Shown here: positions 1 to 12,025 of the stretch, in pieces
Position numbering within the stretch: position 1 is the stretch's first letter
Layout of the letters: each line of letters opens with the position of its first letter
Origin: an uncultured archaeon
Lineage (GTDB): Archaea; Thermoproteota; Nitrososphaeria; Nitrososphaerales; Gagatemarchaeaceae
Assembly: GCA_963799775.1 (NCBI GenBank)
Contig: CAWCYD010000002.1
Span: forward strand, 160,001 to 224,000
DNA length: 64,000 nucleotides
Reading direction: 5' to 3'
Notes under the pieces: generated by a model
Seen by the model: only the letters and a program-made list of their open reading frames with translations
Databases searched by the model: none
Told to the model about the DNA's origin: nothing
Program-made: the position numbers and the translations under genes

Positions 1-1176
1 TCCTCGACGCTCTTGATGGTCTGTTCGAGAAGCTCCGCAAGCGACGTATACCGACGCTGCGTTAGCAACCTGAGTCTCCCGTCGTCGCCCACCCAGATCA
101 TCTCTGCCCTCGGCCTGTTCTTTTCCACGAACCGCTTCGAGGCCTCGAGCAGCTCCACTCCCGGACCCACCTTCTCTTCAAGCGGGGGCAGCGACTCCAC
201 TATGGGCAGGAAGATGATCGCGCTCGACCTGACCTTGTCACTCGCCGCTTCGACTCGAGCCAGTGCGAACCCCTCCTCTCGGACGTGCTTTGCGAACTTT
301 CGTGCGCTCCTCCTCAACTCTCCCCAGAGCGTATCCTCGCTGAGCTCGGCGTGCTCAAAGAGCATGACGTAGGCCTGCCTCCGCAGTCGGGGCCTCCCCT
401 TCCCTCGTATGCCGGCGAAGTGCTTCATCGAAGGGGTCGCGAGAAAGCCCCGTGAGGCCAAGACCATCCTCGCGACCGTCTCTCTGGACATGGCCTTCCC
501 CAGGTCCCTCTTCTCGTCTATCGGGTCGAAGAGGCTGAAGTATTCGTCCTTCGAGGAAGGGACGAACGCCGCGAACCACCGCAAGACCGACTCGAAGCTC
601 TTGTGCCTGTGGACCAGCACCTCCGTCGCGTACCCGCTGAAGCCCTCTGTCTCTATCTCGGCCCCGTACACCCCGACCCCCTTCATGAACTTCTTAAGCA
701 GACGGACCTCCAGCCTCGCTGCGTTGTCGAGGTTGTCCCTGACGAACGTCACGTGGTGGACGGACCTGTCTGCCGCGCTCCTCCATTCGCCCGGTTTGAC
801 GTCGTAGCAGGGGACGACGTTCACCTTGAAACCGTCCACCGTCGCCTCCGTGTAGGGGTGCTGGGCGTACTTCTTGCCGGGCTCGAACCCGCGCAGGGAC
901 TCCTTTCCAACCCCTAGGCCGATCTCCTCGAATCTCTTCTCGTCGACGCCGGTCGAGACCTTCACGAACACGTCGATGTCGACGTCTCCAGGCAGCCACG
1001 TGTCCTTGGCGAATGAACCCTCCAAGGAAGACGCCTGCGACCTCTGGATAGCGGATCGCCGCCCTCTTGACGAGCGAGACGACCTTCTCCGCCACCCGGA
1101 CCGTCTTCCTCCGGTCGCTCTCCTTCGGGGTGACGACCGACCTGGCCTTGCGCAGAACTTCCTCCATCGCAGTCAC
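1..1176 (-). CDS. cca: Archaeal CCA-adding enzyme, runs off left edge; frameshift near 1020
   Basis: N-terminus KARSVVTPKESD..LGG, continuing after the shift as GSFAKDTWLPGDVDIDVFVK (class I NTase motif) and YAQHPY; frame continues to base 1. Confidence 0.9.
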
Positions 1177-1725
1177 GCTAGCGCATACTCCCTTACATCG
1201 GCATAGGTCGGCCCGCTGGGCGATAGGCTGCTCGATTTCAGCTTCAAGGAGGTGATGGCGGTCCTCCCAAACACAGTTTCCGAATGCTCGCGAATCTTGG
1301 CCGAGAGGACTTCGAGGTTCCGAGGTGAACGCACCCGGGCCAGGGTGATGTGAGGATGGAACCCGCGCTCGTCCTTCTGCCCGACTCCCTCCAACGCGTG
1401 AAAGACCTCTTCTCCAGTCCTTCCCAGGGCTCCCGCGTCTTTCGGGTCGACCCCGGCCCAGACGACCCTTGGGCGCCCGACGTCGGGGAAGGCCCCTAGC
1501 CCGGCGACGCTCACGTCTACCTTCTTCAGCGTGAGCGCGTTGATCCTCTTGTCGATCTCGACCACGAGGCCCTCTGGGATCTCCCCGAGGAACTTGACCG
1601 TGAAATGGAGGTTCTCCTCCTCGACGAGCTTGATGTCCGCACGCGTGGACCGGAGGTCTTCCTCGGCCTTCACGAGACCCTGCCTGACCTCGGGTGAAAC
1701 TTCGAACGCCAGGAAGGCTCGCAGC
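1173..1725 (-). CDS. thpR: RNA 2',3'-cyclic phosphodiesterase (2H family); start approximate
   Basis: LRAFLAFEV N-terminus, two HxT motifs (HFTVKF, HITLAR), GPTY end; adjacent to cca. Confidence 0.9.
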
Positions 1726-1831
1726 TTCTCTTTCTCCTGCCTCGGCTGTCCGACTCTACTATTTTACGATGAAGAGACGGGCGATAGGTTGATGTTATAT
1801 TTGCGCCCGCCGGAGAGACGGCCAGTCGAAG

Positions 1832-2383
1832 ATGATGATCGTCGCGATCACTGGGATGCCGGGGGCAGGCAAGTCCACGGCGGCCAAGGCTCTCGAGGGT
1901 CACGGCTTCAAGCGGATGGTGATGGGCGACGTCATCAGAGAGGAGACTCGGCGCAGGGGATTGGAGGCCGACGAGGCCAACACCGGAAAGGTGATGGTCG
2001 AGCTCAGGGAGAAGTACGGGCCCGGGGCTGTAGCCGAGGTCTGCGTCAAGTCGATGAGGGCCACGAAGGAAGAGGTGATCATAGTCGACGGCATCAGGTC
2101 TTTCGTGGAGGTCGAGGTCTTCGCGAGGGAGGGAAAGGTCAAGCTCCTGGCGATCACCGCCTCCCGGGACAGGAGGTTCAAGCTGCTCACGGAGAGGGCG
2201 AGGAGCGACGCCCCGGCCAGCAGGGCTAGCTTCGACCAGCGCGACCAAAGAGAGCTCCTGATCGGGGTCGGAAACGCGATAGCGCTGGCGGACGAGAGCC
2301 TGTCCAACGAGCGAACAACGATGGAAGAACTCGGGAACAGGGCCATCGAGCTGGTCGAGTGGTGGGTGAGCACGACTGTCTGA
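1832..2383 (+). CDS. P-loop nucleotide kinase (UPF0200/dephospho-CoA kinase-like)
   Basis: ITGMPGAGKST, MGDVIRE, IVDGIRS. Confidence 0.85.
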   Translation: MMIVAITGMPGAGKSTAAKALEGHGFKRMVMGDVIREETRRRGLEADEANTGKVMVELREKYGPGAVAEVCVKSMRATKEEVIIVDGIRSFVEVEVFAREGKVKLLAITASRDRRFKLLTERARSDAPASRASFDQRDQRELLIGVGNAIALADESLSNERTTMEELGNRAIELVEWWVSTTV

Positions 2384-2385
2384 GG

Positions 2386-2781
2386 GTGCCCCGGCCACAA
2401 GAAGGGTAGAGCTTCGCGCCACCGTCTCGCCGTCCGAGGGACCGGCAGAAGGCCCTCCAAGCGATGCGCCAGGTCTTCGGCGACCGCCATTACACGGTCG
2501 ATGAGGGTTCGGCCACAATCCGGCTGTCCTCGACCTCTTCGCGCTGCCTCTACAGGCTCCACGATCAGCTGAGGGACAGACACGTGAGGGACACGGCGAG
2601 GCGACTCATGCTTGCGAGCCTTGAGGGGGATCTCCTCCCTCTGAAGATCAACAGACAGGCAGCCGCCGCGGGCGTCCTCGCCTTGTGCTCGAGCGCCATC
2701 GAGTCGCCTCTCGGACCTCTCAATCTCTCGATAGAGACGGACGCCCCCCAACAACTGATAGATTGGCTGACAGCTCACTGA
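2386..2781 (+). CDS. UPF0201-like RNA-binding protein (frameshifted near the start)
   Basis: INRQAAAAG..ESPLGPL..IDWL motifs; usual partner of the UPF0200 kinase. Confidence 0.75.
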
Positions 2782-3696
2782 GCCTTGTCTGGCACGTCGA
2801 CGCGCATGCCGTCGCTTGCCGCGAAGGTCTCGGGAAAGATTTGCTTCGCCTGCTTGACAAGCGGGGACACGTTCCTGTATCTCGCGCTGAAGTGTGTGAG
2901 GGCGAGCCTCTTCACATGAGCCTCCTTCGCAAGCATGGCCGCCTCCGCCGAGGTGGAGTGCTTCCTCTCGACGGCCTTGTCGGAGTCTTTGCTAGCGAAA
3001 GTCGAGTCGAAAATGAGGAGGTCAACGCCTGAGAAGAACCTGACCAGGCGCGCGGAAGGCCTCGTGTCTCCGGAGTACCCTATGCTCCTACCTCCCCTCT
3101 TGGGCCCAAGCACCTTACTAGGGTGGACCTTCTTGCCGCCTACCACGACGCTCCTTCCGTGCTGCAGGGCGGACCACTTCTTCCCTTCAGGGACGCCCAG
3201 ATGGAGGGCCTTTCTCGAGTCAAACACCCCCGGGCGGGGCGTCTCCTCGAAGATGTAAGACCACGCCTCTGTCGAGTGGCTCGCGCGCGCGCACCTGATG
3301 CGATAGGCGCTGCTCCTCAAGACGACACCCGGCTTGGCTGCGAAGAACTGGAGGTCGAAAGAGAGGCCGATGTTCAGCATCTCCATGCTCATCTTGACCC
3401 AGTCGAAGAGGCCCGCGGGCACCTACGAGGGTGAGCCTCTTGCCTCTCTGTGACATGCTCATCGTCTGCAACAGGCCCAGGAGCCCGTTGACGTGGTCGC
3501 CGTGCATGTGTGTGATCAGCACGACCATCTCCTTGTTTATCCCGAGGCCGTACTCCACGAAGCTCTTCTGCGTCCCTTCCCCGCAGTCGAGGAGGACGAC
3601 CTCTCCCTCCCTCCTTACGGCGATGGCCGGCAGGTTCCTCCCTTTCGTAGGGGTGGCGGAGCTCGTCCCCAGGAAGACGACCTCGAGCTTGGTCAT
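2775..3696 (-). CDS. rnz: Ribonuclease Z (frameshift near 3425)
   Basis: FLGTSSATPT, DCGEGTQ, THMHGDH, YSGDTRP, HST, LTHFSARY. Confidence 0.93.
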
Positions 3697-4670
3697 CGGC
3701 TCTTCCTCATCACGGTGATCGTCCTTGTAAGGTGCCCTGTGGATGTAGATGTCAAGCTCGCTCTCGACGTCGAACCCAGCGGCATCGACCCCCAGGCTCT
3801 TCGGGTGCATGACCACTAGCTTCCTCCCCTTCGGGATGATGGCTCGCGCGCCCTCGACCAAAGAGCTGAGGATCTGGCTCGACTCGACCCCGCCCGAGCT
3901 CGCCGCCCGCCCATAGGGTATGTCGGTCGCTATCCCGTCGACCTGCCGGACCGGCAGCTCCCTCGAATCGCCGCGCACGATCCCCAACCAGGGCTGGGAG
4001 TATTTCATCGAGTTCCTCCGCGCCCCCCTGACCATCTTCTTCGCGAAATCTATCCCGGCGGCCTCAACTCCAATCAGGCTCGCTTCGATGAGAAGGCTCC
4101 CGGTGCCGCAGAACGGGTCGAGGAAGACCTCTCCTGGCTGGACCCCCGAGAAGTTGACGAGGGCGCGAGAGAGCTTCGGGAATATCGCAGACGGATGGAA
4201 GAACGCCCTGCTCCTTGGCCTCCGCGTAGACCACCCCTGCCGCATCATGCTTGGCCTCGTCAACGCGAAGTAGCGTTCGTCCGATCTGTGAGAGACGTAT
4301 GCAGATACCTCGTAGTCGGGGCTCTCCAGGGAGACCTTCCCCTTGACTTGGTCCGCTATCGCCGAGACTATCGCCCGGTCTCGATCCGTGTCCGCGTTGT
4401 CGCCGAAGACTCTGACCCTGTCAGGCCCCTTCCGCAGCAGCTCGAGGGCCTCCGAGTCCAGCTCGCCGTCTGGGACCGAAACTCCGACTCGCCTGGCGAA
4501 GGCGATGCGCGAGCCGATCAATTCTGGGTCCGCGCATGTCTCTGCGACGAGCAACCCCTCCTCTAGGCGGTCGAAGCTTGCCTCGCGGTCCAGGTCGCTG
4601 ACGAGGCTCCTTGCCTCGGCCTCCGGGATGGGAGTCGGTTCTCGCGACAGCACGAAGAGGATGCGACGCG
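3693..4670 (-). CDS. tRNA guanine-10 N2-methyltransferase (Trm11/TrmG10-like); start approximate
   Basis: RAFFHPSA, LDPFCGTGSLLIEA, TDIPYG. Confidence 0.85.
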
Positions 4671-4672
4671 GC

Positions 4673-5571
4673 CTACTTCTTCTCAGCGATGATCGTCCTG
4701 AGGTATGCTGCCATAGGCTCTGTTGCGTCAACCTTGCTTACTCGGCTGGGCACCGTGTTCGTCCCTATTATTTCATCGACCCCTGCCTTCACGAGCTTCT
4801 CGTATGTCTCCCCGAGGAGCACGGCGTGGACGCACGCGCTCACGACCTTCCTCGCCCCGACGCTCTTCAGTAGCTCGGTGGAGGCCGCCACGGTCCCGCC
4901 TGTGGTTATGACGTCGTCGACGATGACGCAGTCCCTCCCTTTCACCGAGAGCTTCTCCGTCTCCATCTTTATCCTGCCCGTCACCCTGTCGCGCGTCTTC
5001 CGGAACTGGACGAACTTGGCGCCGTACAGCGCGGCGAAGGCCTCCGTCCTCTTGAGCGACCCGGCGTCGGGGGCCACGATTAACGGGCCTCGAGCTTGAC
5101 GTGGGTCTTCACGTACTGGGCCAGGCCCGGGATGGCCGAGACGCTGTATACCGGCATCGAGAAGAGAGCCAGCCCCACTGCCGAGTGCATGTCGACCGTG
5201 GCCACCCTCCTGACCCCGACCGACCTCAGCAGGTGGGCGATGATCCCCAAGCTCACGATCTCCCCCGGGAGGAACGCCTTGCCCTGCCTCGCGTAGCCCA
5301 GATACGGGATGACGGCGTGGACCTTCGCCCCCTCCTGGCTCAGGTGGTGCGAGGCGAGGAACAGCTGCATGTAGTGCCGGTCGGCAGGTGGGTAGGTCGA
5401 CTGGACGAGAAGAACTTCGAGTCCGCTGAGGTTCTCGTCGAACTTGTACTTTATCTCGCCATCAGGGAACTCCGTCGTGGTCACTGCGAGCAGCGGGAGT
5501 CCCAGCCTCTTGGCGAGCTTAGTCCCGAACTCCTGCGAGGCGGGACCAACCATAACTCGCCAATCGGTCAC
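4673..5571 (-). CDS. prs: Ribose-phosphate pyrophosphokinase (frameshift near 5080)
   Basis: FPDGE, PYLGYARQ, DMH, APDAG, VDDVITTGGT. Confidence 0.93.
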
Positions 5572-5682
5572 AGAAAGTCGGGCGGGCACCAGCGTTTGGC
5601 TATATAACGGATTTTTGCCGAATGGAAAAAGAACCGCACCAAAACCTTAAGGAATAGCTGGCTTTGGAGTTAATTTGACCAA

Positions 5683-5904
5683 ATGGTAGACCAGTTCTGT
5701 CCCGAATGTGGTGGGGCGCTCGTTTTCGACGCGGTCAACAAAAGATTCTCTTGCAAGAGCTGCGGACTGTTTCTGACAAGAGACCAGCTATCCGACATGA
5801 GATACAAGGCCAAGACGTTGCCTGACGACGAGAGAAGGAAGAGGCAACGCCAGCAAGCTGACTACCTCGACTGGTGGCTCAGCGGCAACAAGACCAAGCA
5901 ATAG
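5683..5904 (+). CDS. Small zinc-ribbon protein
   Basis: CPECGG..CKSCG and YLDWWL. Confidence 0.75.
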   Translation: MVDQFCPECGGALVFDAVNKRFSCKSCGLFLTRDQLSDMRYKAKTLPDDERRKRQRQQADYLDWWLSGNKTKQ

Positions 5905-5934
5905 AAGTAGAACAGAGACACGAGAAGCGCAGGC

Positions 5935-6384
5935 TTAGTGTGGAGTCTGGCGTGCCAGAAACTTCCTGAATATCAGCCTCGTGTTCTCGGTCACATCCAT
6001 CGCCTCGACCTCGCGAGGCTGGAACCATGCGAAACTCTCGGACTCCTCGTTCAGGGTGATCTTAGCGCGGCTGCCGTCGAACTTGGCAAGGTAATCCACC
6101 AGCACAAAGTGGAACCTCGTCTTCCCCTTCCCGTCGCGGATGATCTCCTCTGACACCTGAAGCAGCTCTTCGATCTTGACTTTCACCCCTAACTCTTCCC
6201 GGACCTCACGCCTCACTGCCTCTTCGAGTGTCTCCCCGGTCTCCAAGAGGCCTCCGGGGAGGGACCATCTCCCTCTGTTGGGCTCGAACTTCCGCTTGAT
6301 CATGAGGGCGCGGCCCTCTCTGTCGACAATGAGAGCCCCTACGCCGACCAGCGGGTGCGCCGGATACTTTCTCGTGCTCCGCAA
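5935..6384 (-). CDS. NUDIX hydrolase
   Basis: GGLLETGETLEEAVRREVREELG Nudix box. Confidence 0.9.
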   Translation of the reverse strand: MRSTRKYPAHPLVGVGALIVDREGRALMIKRKFEPNRGRWSLPGGLLETGETLEEAVRREVREELGVKVKIEELLQVSEEIIRDGKGKTRFHFVLVDYLAKFDGSRAKITLNEESESFAWFQPREVEAMDVTENTRLIFRKFLARQTPH

Positions 6385-6688
6385 AGCGGATATCCCTGTG
6401 GCTCTCGTAGTATTTGCCCTTACGCACAGCCGGTTCTGGCGTGCCCTATAGGGCCACGGGCGTTCTGGGACTTGTCGTGGTGCAACTCTGGCCATCCGTT
6501 CAGCGCTGGCCGGCGTAGCTCCTGTCTCCTCAGGCCCGTAGAAGTGATCCACCAAGGGAGAGAACAAGTGGCTGACCATTTGGACAGGCCTTCACATCAC
6601 CCGGCCATTGGACAGGCCAGTCGAATGATACGGAAGAGTGATACGGAAGATTGAAGTATCGCCTACCGTCCTAACGGAAAATAATCGT

Positions 6689-7318
6689 ATGTCTCAATTA
6701 CAAAGCACGCGATTAGGACGGAATGTGAACAAGAAGCATCTGACTATTGTTATCGGTGCAATAGCCATGGGAGTATTGCTGTCATTTGGTGTCTTTGTGT
6801 ATCCTTCGATGCTTTCACCAAGGGGACATGCCGACAATCTTAACTTTGTTGACAATGTTACGATAAAGGTCTTCAACCCAGATGGCACTGTCGCTCGGGT
6901 CTGGCAGGGCCACAACAGTCTGCAGGGTGGGGCTATCAATGGCATCGTGGGATGCATCACGGGAGCGTCAACCACTCCCGCCCCCTACGGGTCATGTACG
7001 TCGTGGATTTCAGGCATTGACATTGAGATCAGCGGCTCCACTACTCCCATATACGCTGCCGGGACAAGCACACCCTTCGCGGGCTCACCCGGAACGGCTT
7101 GCAGTCCTTCAACAGGTAGTCCCTACTGTACCGGATGGACTACTACGGCCTTCTTCGGCGAACTCACTTTCACTTCTACGAATTGCCCCACTACCTGCAC
7201 GGTCAACTACGCTCAGGCTGGTAACAGCGGAGGCACACTTTTTGACAACATCTTTACTAGCATCGCAGTTGCGAAAGGCGATAGTCTCTCGGTGACCATT
7301 GATTTCACAATCGCATGA
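6689..7318 (+). CDS. Membrane-anchored or secreted Cys-containing beta protein
   Basis: N-terminal hydrophobic helix; lower GC than flanks; C-terminus GGTLFDNIFTSIAVAKGDSLSVTIDFT. Confidence 0.7.
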   Translation: MSQLQSTRLGRNVNKKHLTIVIGAIAMGVLLSFGVFVYPSMLSPRGHADNLNFVDNVTIKVFNPDGTVARVWQGHNSLQGGAINGIVGCITGASTTPAPYGSCTSWISGIDIEISGSTTPIYAAGTSTPFAGSPGTACSPSTGSPYCTGWTTTAFFGELTFTSTNCPTTCTVNYAQAGNSGGTLFDNIFTSIAVAKGDSLSVTIDFTIA

Positions 7319-7360
7319 GCTTAGGGCGAAATGACAAGGTGAATCCTCTTTCCTTCGTCT

Positions 7361-8380
7361 TTGCGCCACGTGCCGACTAGTCCTCGCAGCAAGAAGCTCA
7401 TCGTTGCAATATTGCTGATTCTTTTTGCGACGACTTTTTTGTTGAGCATACATTCCATAAGCGGTTTGGTGGCACCGGCGTTGACCGATGCCGCGACATT
7501 TTCTGAGAAGCTTTCGTATTCTGTCAGCCAGCTAATCCAGAGTACACTTACCGACGGCGCTACCTTCTCTGACAAGCTTTCGTATTCTGTCAGCCAGCTA
7601 ATCCAGAGTACACTTACCGACGGCGCTACCTTCTCTGACAACATTTCGTACACAGTAAGCCAGCCAATCCAAGATACTCTGACTGACGGTGCCGCCCTTT
7701 CTGATCAGATTTCATATTCGGTTAGCCAGCCAATCCAGAGTTCGCCGACCGACAACGCGACTGTTTCTGACAAGATTTCATTTTCAGTAGGGAGCAGCCA
7801 AAACGGTTCTGCCCTTGTTTCTTCTGGCTCAGTTTCTACCCGGACTTTTCCGATTACTGGCATTAGCGTGAGCATCTCTGGCACAGCCGGCACTACGGCC
7901 AGCATTGACACAATGCAACTGACTGCCCAACCTGCCAACACTGGATCGGTGCCTTTGGGCTCAACTGGAGGAGCGGGATTGGGCTTTTACGATCTCAGCC
8001 TTTCAGGGATTACGGGTGGAACGGCGCATGCTTGCATATCCAGTGCACTTGTGGATTCGAAAACTGTCCTCGATTTCTACTCCGCTGGCGCCTGGAGTGA
8101 AGCCGCAACAATATCTGACACCCCAGCTACGGATACCGCTCCAGGGGTGGTCTGCGGCAACATCGCCGTCTCGGCCCTCACTGGAACTCCATTGGTGATT
8201 GGTGACCCCCAATCGGGCACTGCTATCTCCACCCCAAGCCTCTCGGGCGCATCGTCAACAACTTCTGGCTCCGCGACCACTAAAGGCCCAAGTTCGCCAG
8301 GCTATTTGATCTACATCGGAGTCGGTGTAGTCATATTGATTATTTCAATAGCGGCTGTTTTGGTTCTAAAGAAAAGATAG
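7361..8380 (+). CDS. Surface protein with 22-aa tandem repeats and C-terminal TM anchor
   Basis: Signal-like N-terminus, LTDGATFSDKLSYSVSQLIQST repeats, S/T linker, TM followed by KKR. Confidence 0.8.
   Translation: MRHVPTSPRSKKLIVAILLILFATTFLLSIHSISGLVAPALTDAATFSEKLSYSVSQLIQSTLTDGATFSDKLSYSVSQLIQSTLTDGATFSDNISYTVSQPIQDTLTDGAALSDQISYSVSQPIQSSPTDNATVSDKISFSVGSSQNGSALVSSGSVSTRTFPITGISVSISGTAGTTASIDTMQLTAQPANTGSVPLGSTGGAGLGFYDLSLSGITGGTAHACISSALVDSKTVLDFYSAGAWSEAATISDTPATDTAPGVVCGNIAVSALTGTPLVIGDPQSGTAISTPSLSGASSTTSGSATTKGPSSPGYLIYIGVGVVILIISIAAVLVLKKR
7481..7790 (+). repeat. Intragenic 66-bp tandem repeat, about 4.5 copies
   Basis: AAGCTTTCGTATTCTGTCAGCCAGC at 7508 and 7574, followed by degenerate copies. 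Confidence 0.9.
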
Positions 8381-8608
8381 GCATTTGAGAGGTTCTTGGT
8401 CTTTGAAATCATGATTGAGAAGTTGGAAAAGACCGCGCCGATAGGGCGAGGTCAATACAGGCGACAGGCGAACCCATGACGAGGTACGTTCTCAGTCCGA
8501 CGAAACTTTGGAGGGATTGGGAAGATGACATTCCAACGGAGAGTTGAGAGCGCCAACCTCAGCGCACAGCCAAGGCTTTGAATACTGGAATCGAGCGGTT
8601 CCACCCAG

Positions 8609-9423
8609 TTGGTCTCGGTAGTCAACTTTGCGGTTGGCAAGGAGCTCCTTATCGGCAGGACCATGAACTCGAACGCCTACTGGATCGGAGGGAGGCTCTA
8701 CAGGATGGGCTCGATGCTCGAGAGGTCATTACCGTGACAGACTCGCTGGAGGAAATCTCGACCGGCATCAAGGAGCTGCTCACCGGCCATCCTGATTTCA
8801 TCATAGTCGTCGGCGGCCTCGGCCCAACCCCTGACGACATGACCCTGAAGGGGATAGCGCTGGGCCTCGGACTGAAGCTCAGGCTGGACAAAGACGCTAT
8901 CGACCTGATCAAGCAGCACATGACGAAGACGGGCAGAGAGTTCGAGATGACTCCTGCTAGGCGCAAGATGGCAATGATCCCCGAAGGAGGGAAGCCGTTG
9001 AGGAACGACCTGGGAACGGCACCCGGGGTGCGGCTCACGGCGGGCAAGGGGACCGTCATCTACTGCCTGCCCGGCGTGCCCCGGGAGATGAGGAACATCT
9101 TCGTCCACTTCGCTGAGAAGGAGATAAGGGCCAATCTTGGGGAGATGCACATCGCCAAGGTCATGATGAAGCTGAGCGGCGTCTACGAGGCCGTCCTCGC
9201 CCCCGCGATAGGCGAGGCGCTGAGATTGCATCCAGAGGCATACATCAAGTCTCACCCGAAGCGCCTGAAGGAAGGAGTCCCGAAGCTCGAGCTCGACGTC
9301 ACAGTGACCTCTCGCGACCTGAAGACAGCGCGCGCGACCTACTCGGAGCTGCTCGCCCTCTTGACGAGGAAGATAGGCGAGCTGGGCGGGACGATAACCG
9401 CGCAGCGAGAGACGGTCAGATAG
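8609..9423 (+). CDS. CinA-like molybdopterin-binding domain protein (frameshift near 8720)
   Basis: VGKELLIGRTMNSNAYW in an upstream frame, then GGLGPTPDDMT, GTAPG, LPGVPREM. Confidence 0.85.
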
Positions 9424-9474
9424 GGCTACGGGAAGCGCTAGGTTTATTCTCGCTCGGGCCGTCAAGAGAACAGT

Positions 9475-10235
9475 TTGAACCTCATCTTTCTCACAGGGAC
9501 AGCTGGGGCTGGCAAGTCCCTGCTCACGGCCTCGTTGTTGAGCTGGTATCACGAAAAGTCCCAGAGCGCGATAAGCGTGAACCTCGACCCGGGCGTCCTG
9601 GCTCTGCCCTACGAACCCGACGTCGACGTCAGGACCATGATCGACATCCAGGAGATCATGAGCAAGTATTCCCTTGGCCCCAACGGGGCCCTCGTGTTCG
9701 CGAGCGACCTCATAGCGAGCAAGCTGCCCGAGATACAGGACCAAATCGACGAGTCGAACGCGGACTTTGCCGTCGTTGACACGCCGGGGCAGGTCGAGCT
9801 CTTCGCGTTCAGGGAGAGCGGGCGTACGTCGCGAGGGGGCTCAACGCCGACTCGAAGGCACTCCTGTTCCTCATCGACTCGATGGTGGCCTCGACCGCGA
9901 CGAACCTCCTCTCCCTGCTCCTACTGGCGACCTCGGTGCAGTTGAGGATGAAGCTCCCCCTTCTCCGCGTCCTCTCGAAGACGGACCTGGCGCGAAACCC
10001 CAAGGAGATAGTGAAGTGGGGGAGAGAGGCCGCGGCGTTCGAACAGGCCCTCGCGGACGACAAGGCCGGCGGGGACTCGTACACGTTCTACACCCAGCTC
10101 TTCAGAGCCCTGAGGCACGCCTCGATCACTCCGGACCTATACCCCGTCTCGGGTTACACGAGGGATGGCTTCATCGCGCTGGTCGGAGAGCTCTCTAGGA
10201 TATCGAGTGGCGGAGAGGAGCTCGAGGAGTCCTGA
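9475..10235 (+). CDS. GPN-loop GTPase (frameshift near 9825)
   Basis: GTAGAGKS, NLDPG, LGPNG, DTPGQVE, SKTD. Confidence 0.9.
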
Positions 10236-10555
10236 AGGCTACGAAATTAGACAGCCGCTGAAATCCTACATGAAACTAAGAGAAGGCTCGTTCTTTTCAC
10301 CTCGGGAACTTTGTCGTGGCGTGAGTCGACGAATGGGGAGATGCGGTCCTGCTTCACTTCCTCTAACCTGCCGATTTGGGACGGTCAGTTTCTTGAGCGG
10401 CGGCGCTGATCCGTATTCTTGGCTTCGGCATATTTCGAAACGAGTCTAGAACCGGAAAGGGGCAACGAAGGAATATGTGCAATAGCCCGGCCAGGGACCA
10501 CACCGATAGGGAGGCTCCCGTGAACTCGCGGCATAACGGGCCCGACCAGATGCGT

Positions 10556-10843
10556 CTAATCGCCTGCCATGGCGAATATGCTTATCAGGGCGACGACGAG
10601 GAACGCGATTCCGGCATAGAAGAAACTGCCCGTAACGAACCAGACGAGAACCGCGACGAGAATGGCCGGTAATAGGACTATGGCGGCAGCCACAATAAAT
10701 ACGATAATCAGCACGCCTATTACCAGAAGGAGAACGCCGCCGAACAGGTCGGCTATCCCATTCAGGATTCTTTCTCCTACGTACAGGGGTGCGTTCGATA
10801 ACGCTTGAATCAAGCCGAGCAGGAAAGCGTCTAGAACCATCAT
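10556..10843 (-). CDS. Small hydrophobic membrane protein
   Basis: 95 aa, almost entirely hydrophobic. Confidence 0.6.
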   Translation of the reverse strand: MMVLDAFLLGLIQALSNAPLYVGERILNGIADLFGGVLLLVIGVLIIVFIVAAAIVLLPAILVAVLVWFVTGSFFYAGIAFLVVALISIFAMAGD

Positions 10844-11038
10844 GAAAGCAGAACTCTATTCCCGGAATGCGAAGTGAGCCTCGATTATAAAAGCGAGAGG
10901 GCTGCCCGCCAGAGAGGCTGCGTCAATCGACTCAAAGACCAAGTTCTCCAAGGACGAAAGAGGAGCAAGATGAAGGAATTCTATCTCCATGTAATGGAAC
11001 GCGGTTATGAACCCCGTAAACGGGGACTGGCGCAGGCC

Positions 11039-11584
11039 TTACTTCATCCTGCTTCTAAGCACGAATCCCAGGCCTCCAAGAACGACGCCGAGAGCTGCCA
11101 GGAGAACTAACGCGCCAATTGGGTCAACAAGCGGACCGAGATACTGCACGTGGATTTGCTCGCCCGTTAGACCTAGGCCTCCCTGCGCGGTCGAGGCAGC
11201 TGCATAGCCTCCCTCCCAACCCCCATAAATCATCAGGAGCATGGAGAGAGCTACTCCCACGTTCATGAGGAAGTAGTGCCCCCAGGCGAGGTAATTCGTC
11301 GGACCGTGGTATACCTTGCCTCTGACATCTTCGATGTAAAAGTAGAAAACCGCGGTGACCGCGACCGCGACCACGCCGACGACCAGATAAAGGAGGTAGC
11401 CTACGATCATCCACGTTCCTCCTCCACCTCCCGCAACTACCATGGCTGGGCTGAAGTACGATTTGATGTTGAAGTAGGTCCATGGCTCCACGATGAGCAC
11501 TGTGATCATGGTTACGATTGCGCCTTGGACAATGGCTGCCCCGATGAATCTTCCAGCCCACCTTCCTTGCATCTGTAGCATCAT
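11039..11584 (-). CDS. Four-TM membrane protein
   Basis: Four hydrophobic segments; LAWGHYFLMNVG. Confidence 0.7.
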   Translation of the reverse strand: MMLQMQGRWAGRFIGAAIVQGAIVTMITVLIVEPWTYFNIKSYFSPAMVVAGGGGGTWMIVGYLLYLVVGVVAVAVTAVFYFYIEDVRGKVYHGPTNYLAWGHYFLMNVGVALSMLLMIYGGWEGGYAAASTAQGGLGLTGEQIHVQYLGPLVDPIGALVLLAALGVVLGGLGFVLRSRMK

Positions 11585-12025
11585 ATCTTGTGCCCTCTTT
11601 TCATTCGGTGTGATACTTTACAATGATGCAGAGAGGCTCGACCGTCACTCGACTCTCGTTGCTCTGTAGTCGACGTCATTTTCTCTCTGAACTTCGCTGA
11701 GTTAAGGACAGTTGAGAAACTTATAAGGCCTGGACACAATTCTCAGGTTCGAGAACAGGAAGTAACAATCCCTCGCTTTTCTTAGAGAAGCTACGCAATT
11801 GGGAAGCTGCATTCAACCGAATCAAAGAGCAATTCGTCGGGTGCGAAGAAACGGGTTTCCACCTAGGCTGGCTTTGCCACCATGAATTAGCTGGTCACGA
11901 TGGACCCACGCTTGGTCCTCGTCCCCTCTGAATCCGACGCCGGCGGCTGCTTCGCTCTGCCTCGCCCAACCCGTGTACGCCACGAATAATACGCCGATTG
12001 GGCATACCCTGAGGGCAGAGAATCC

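Noticed and set aside
3220-4731. 503-aa Trm11-RNase Z fusion in the ORF track
   Set aside because: Produced by a frameshift near 3735; RNase Z has its own ATG at 3696
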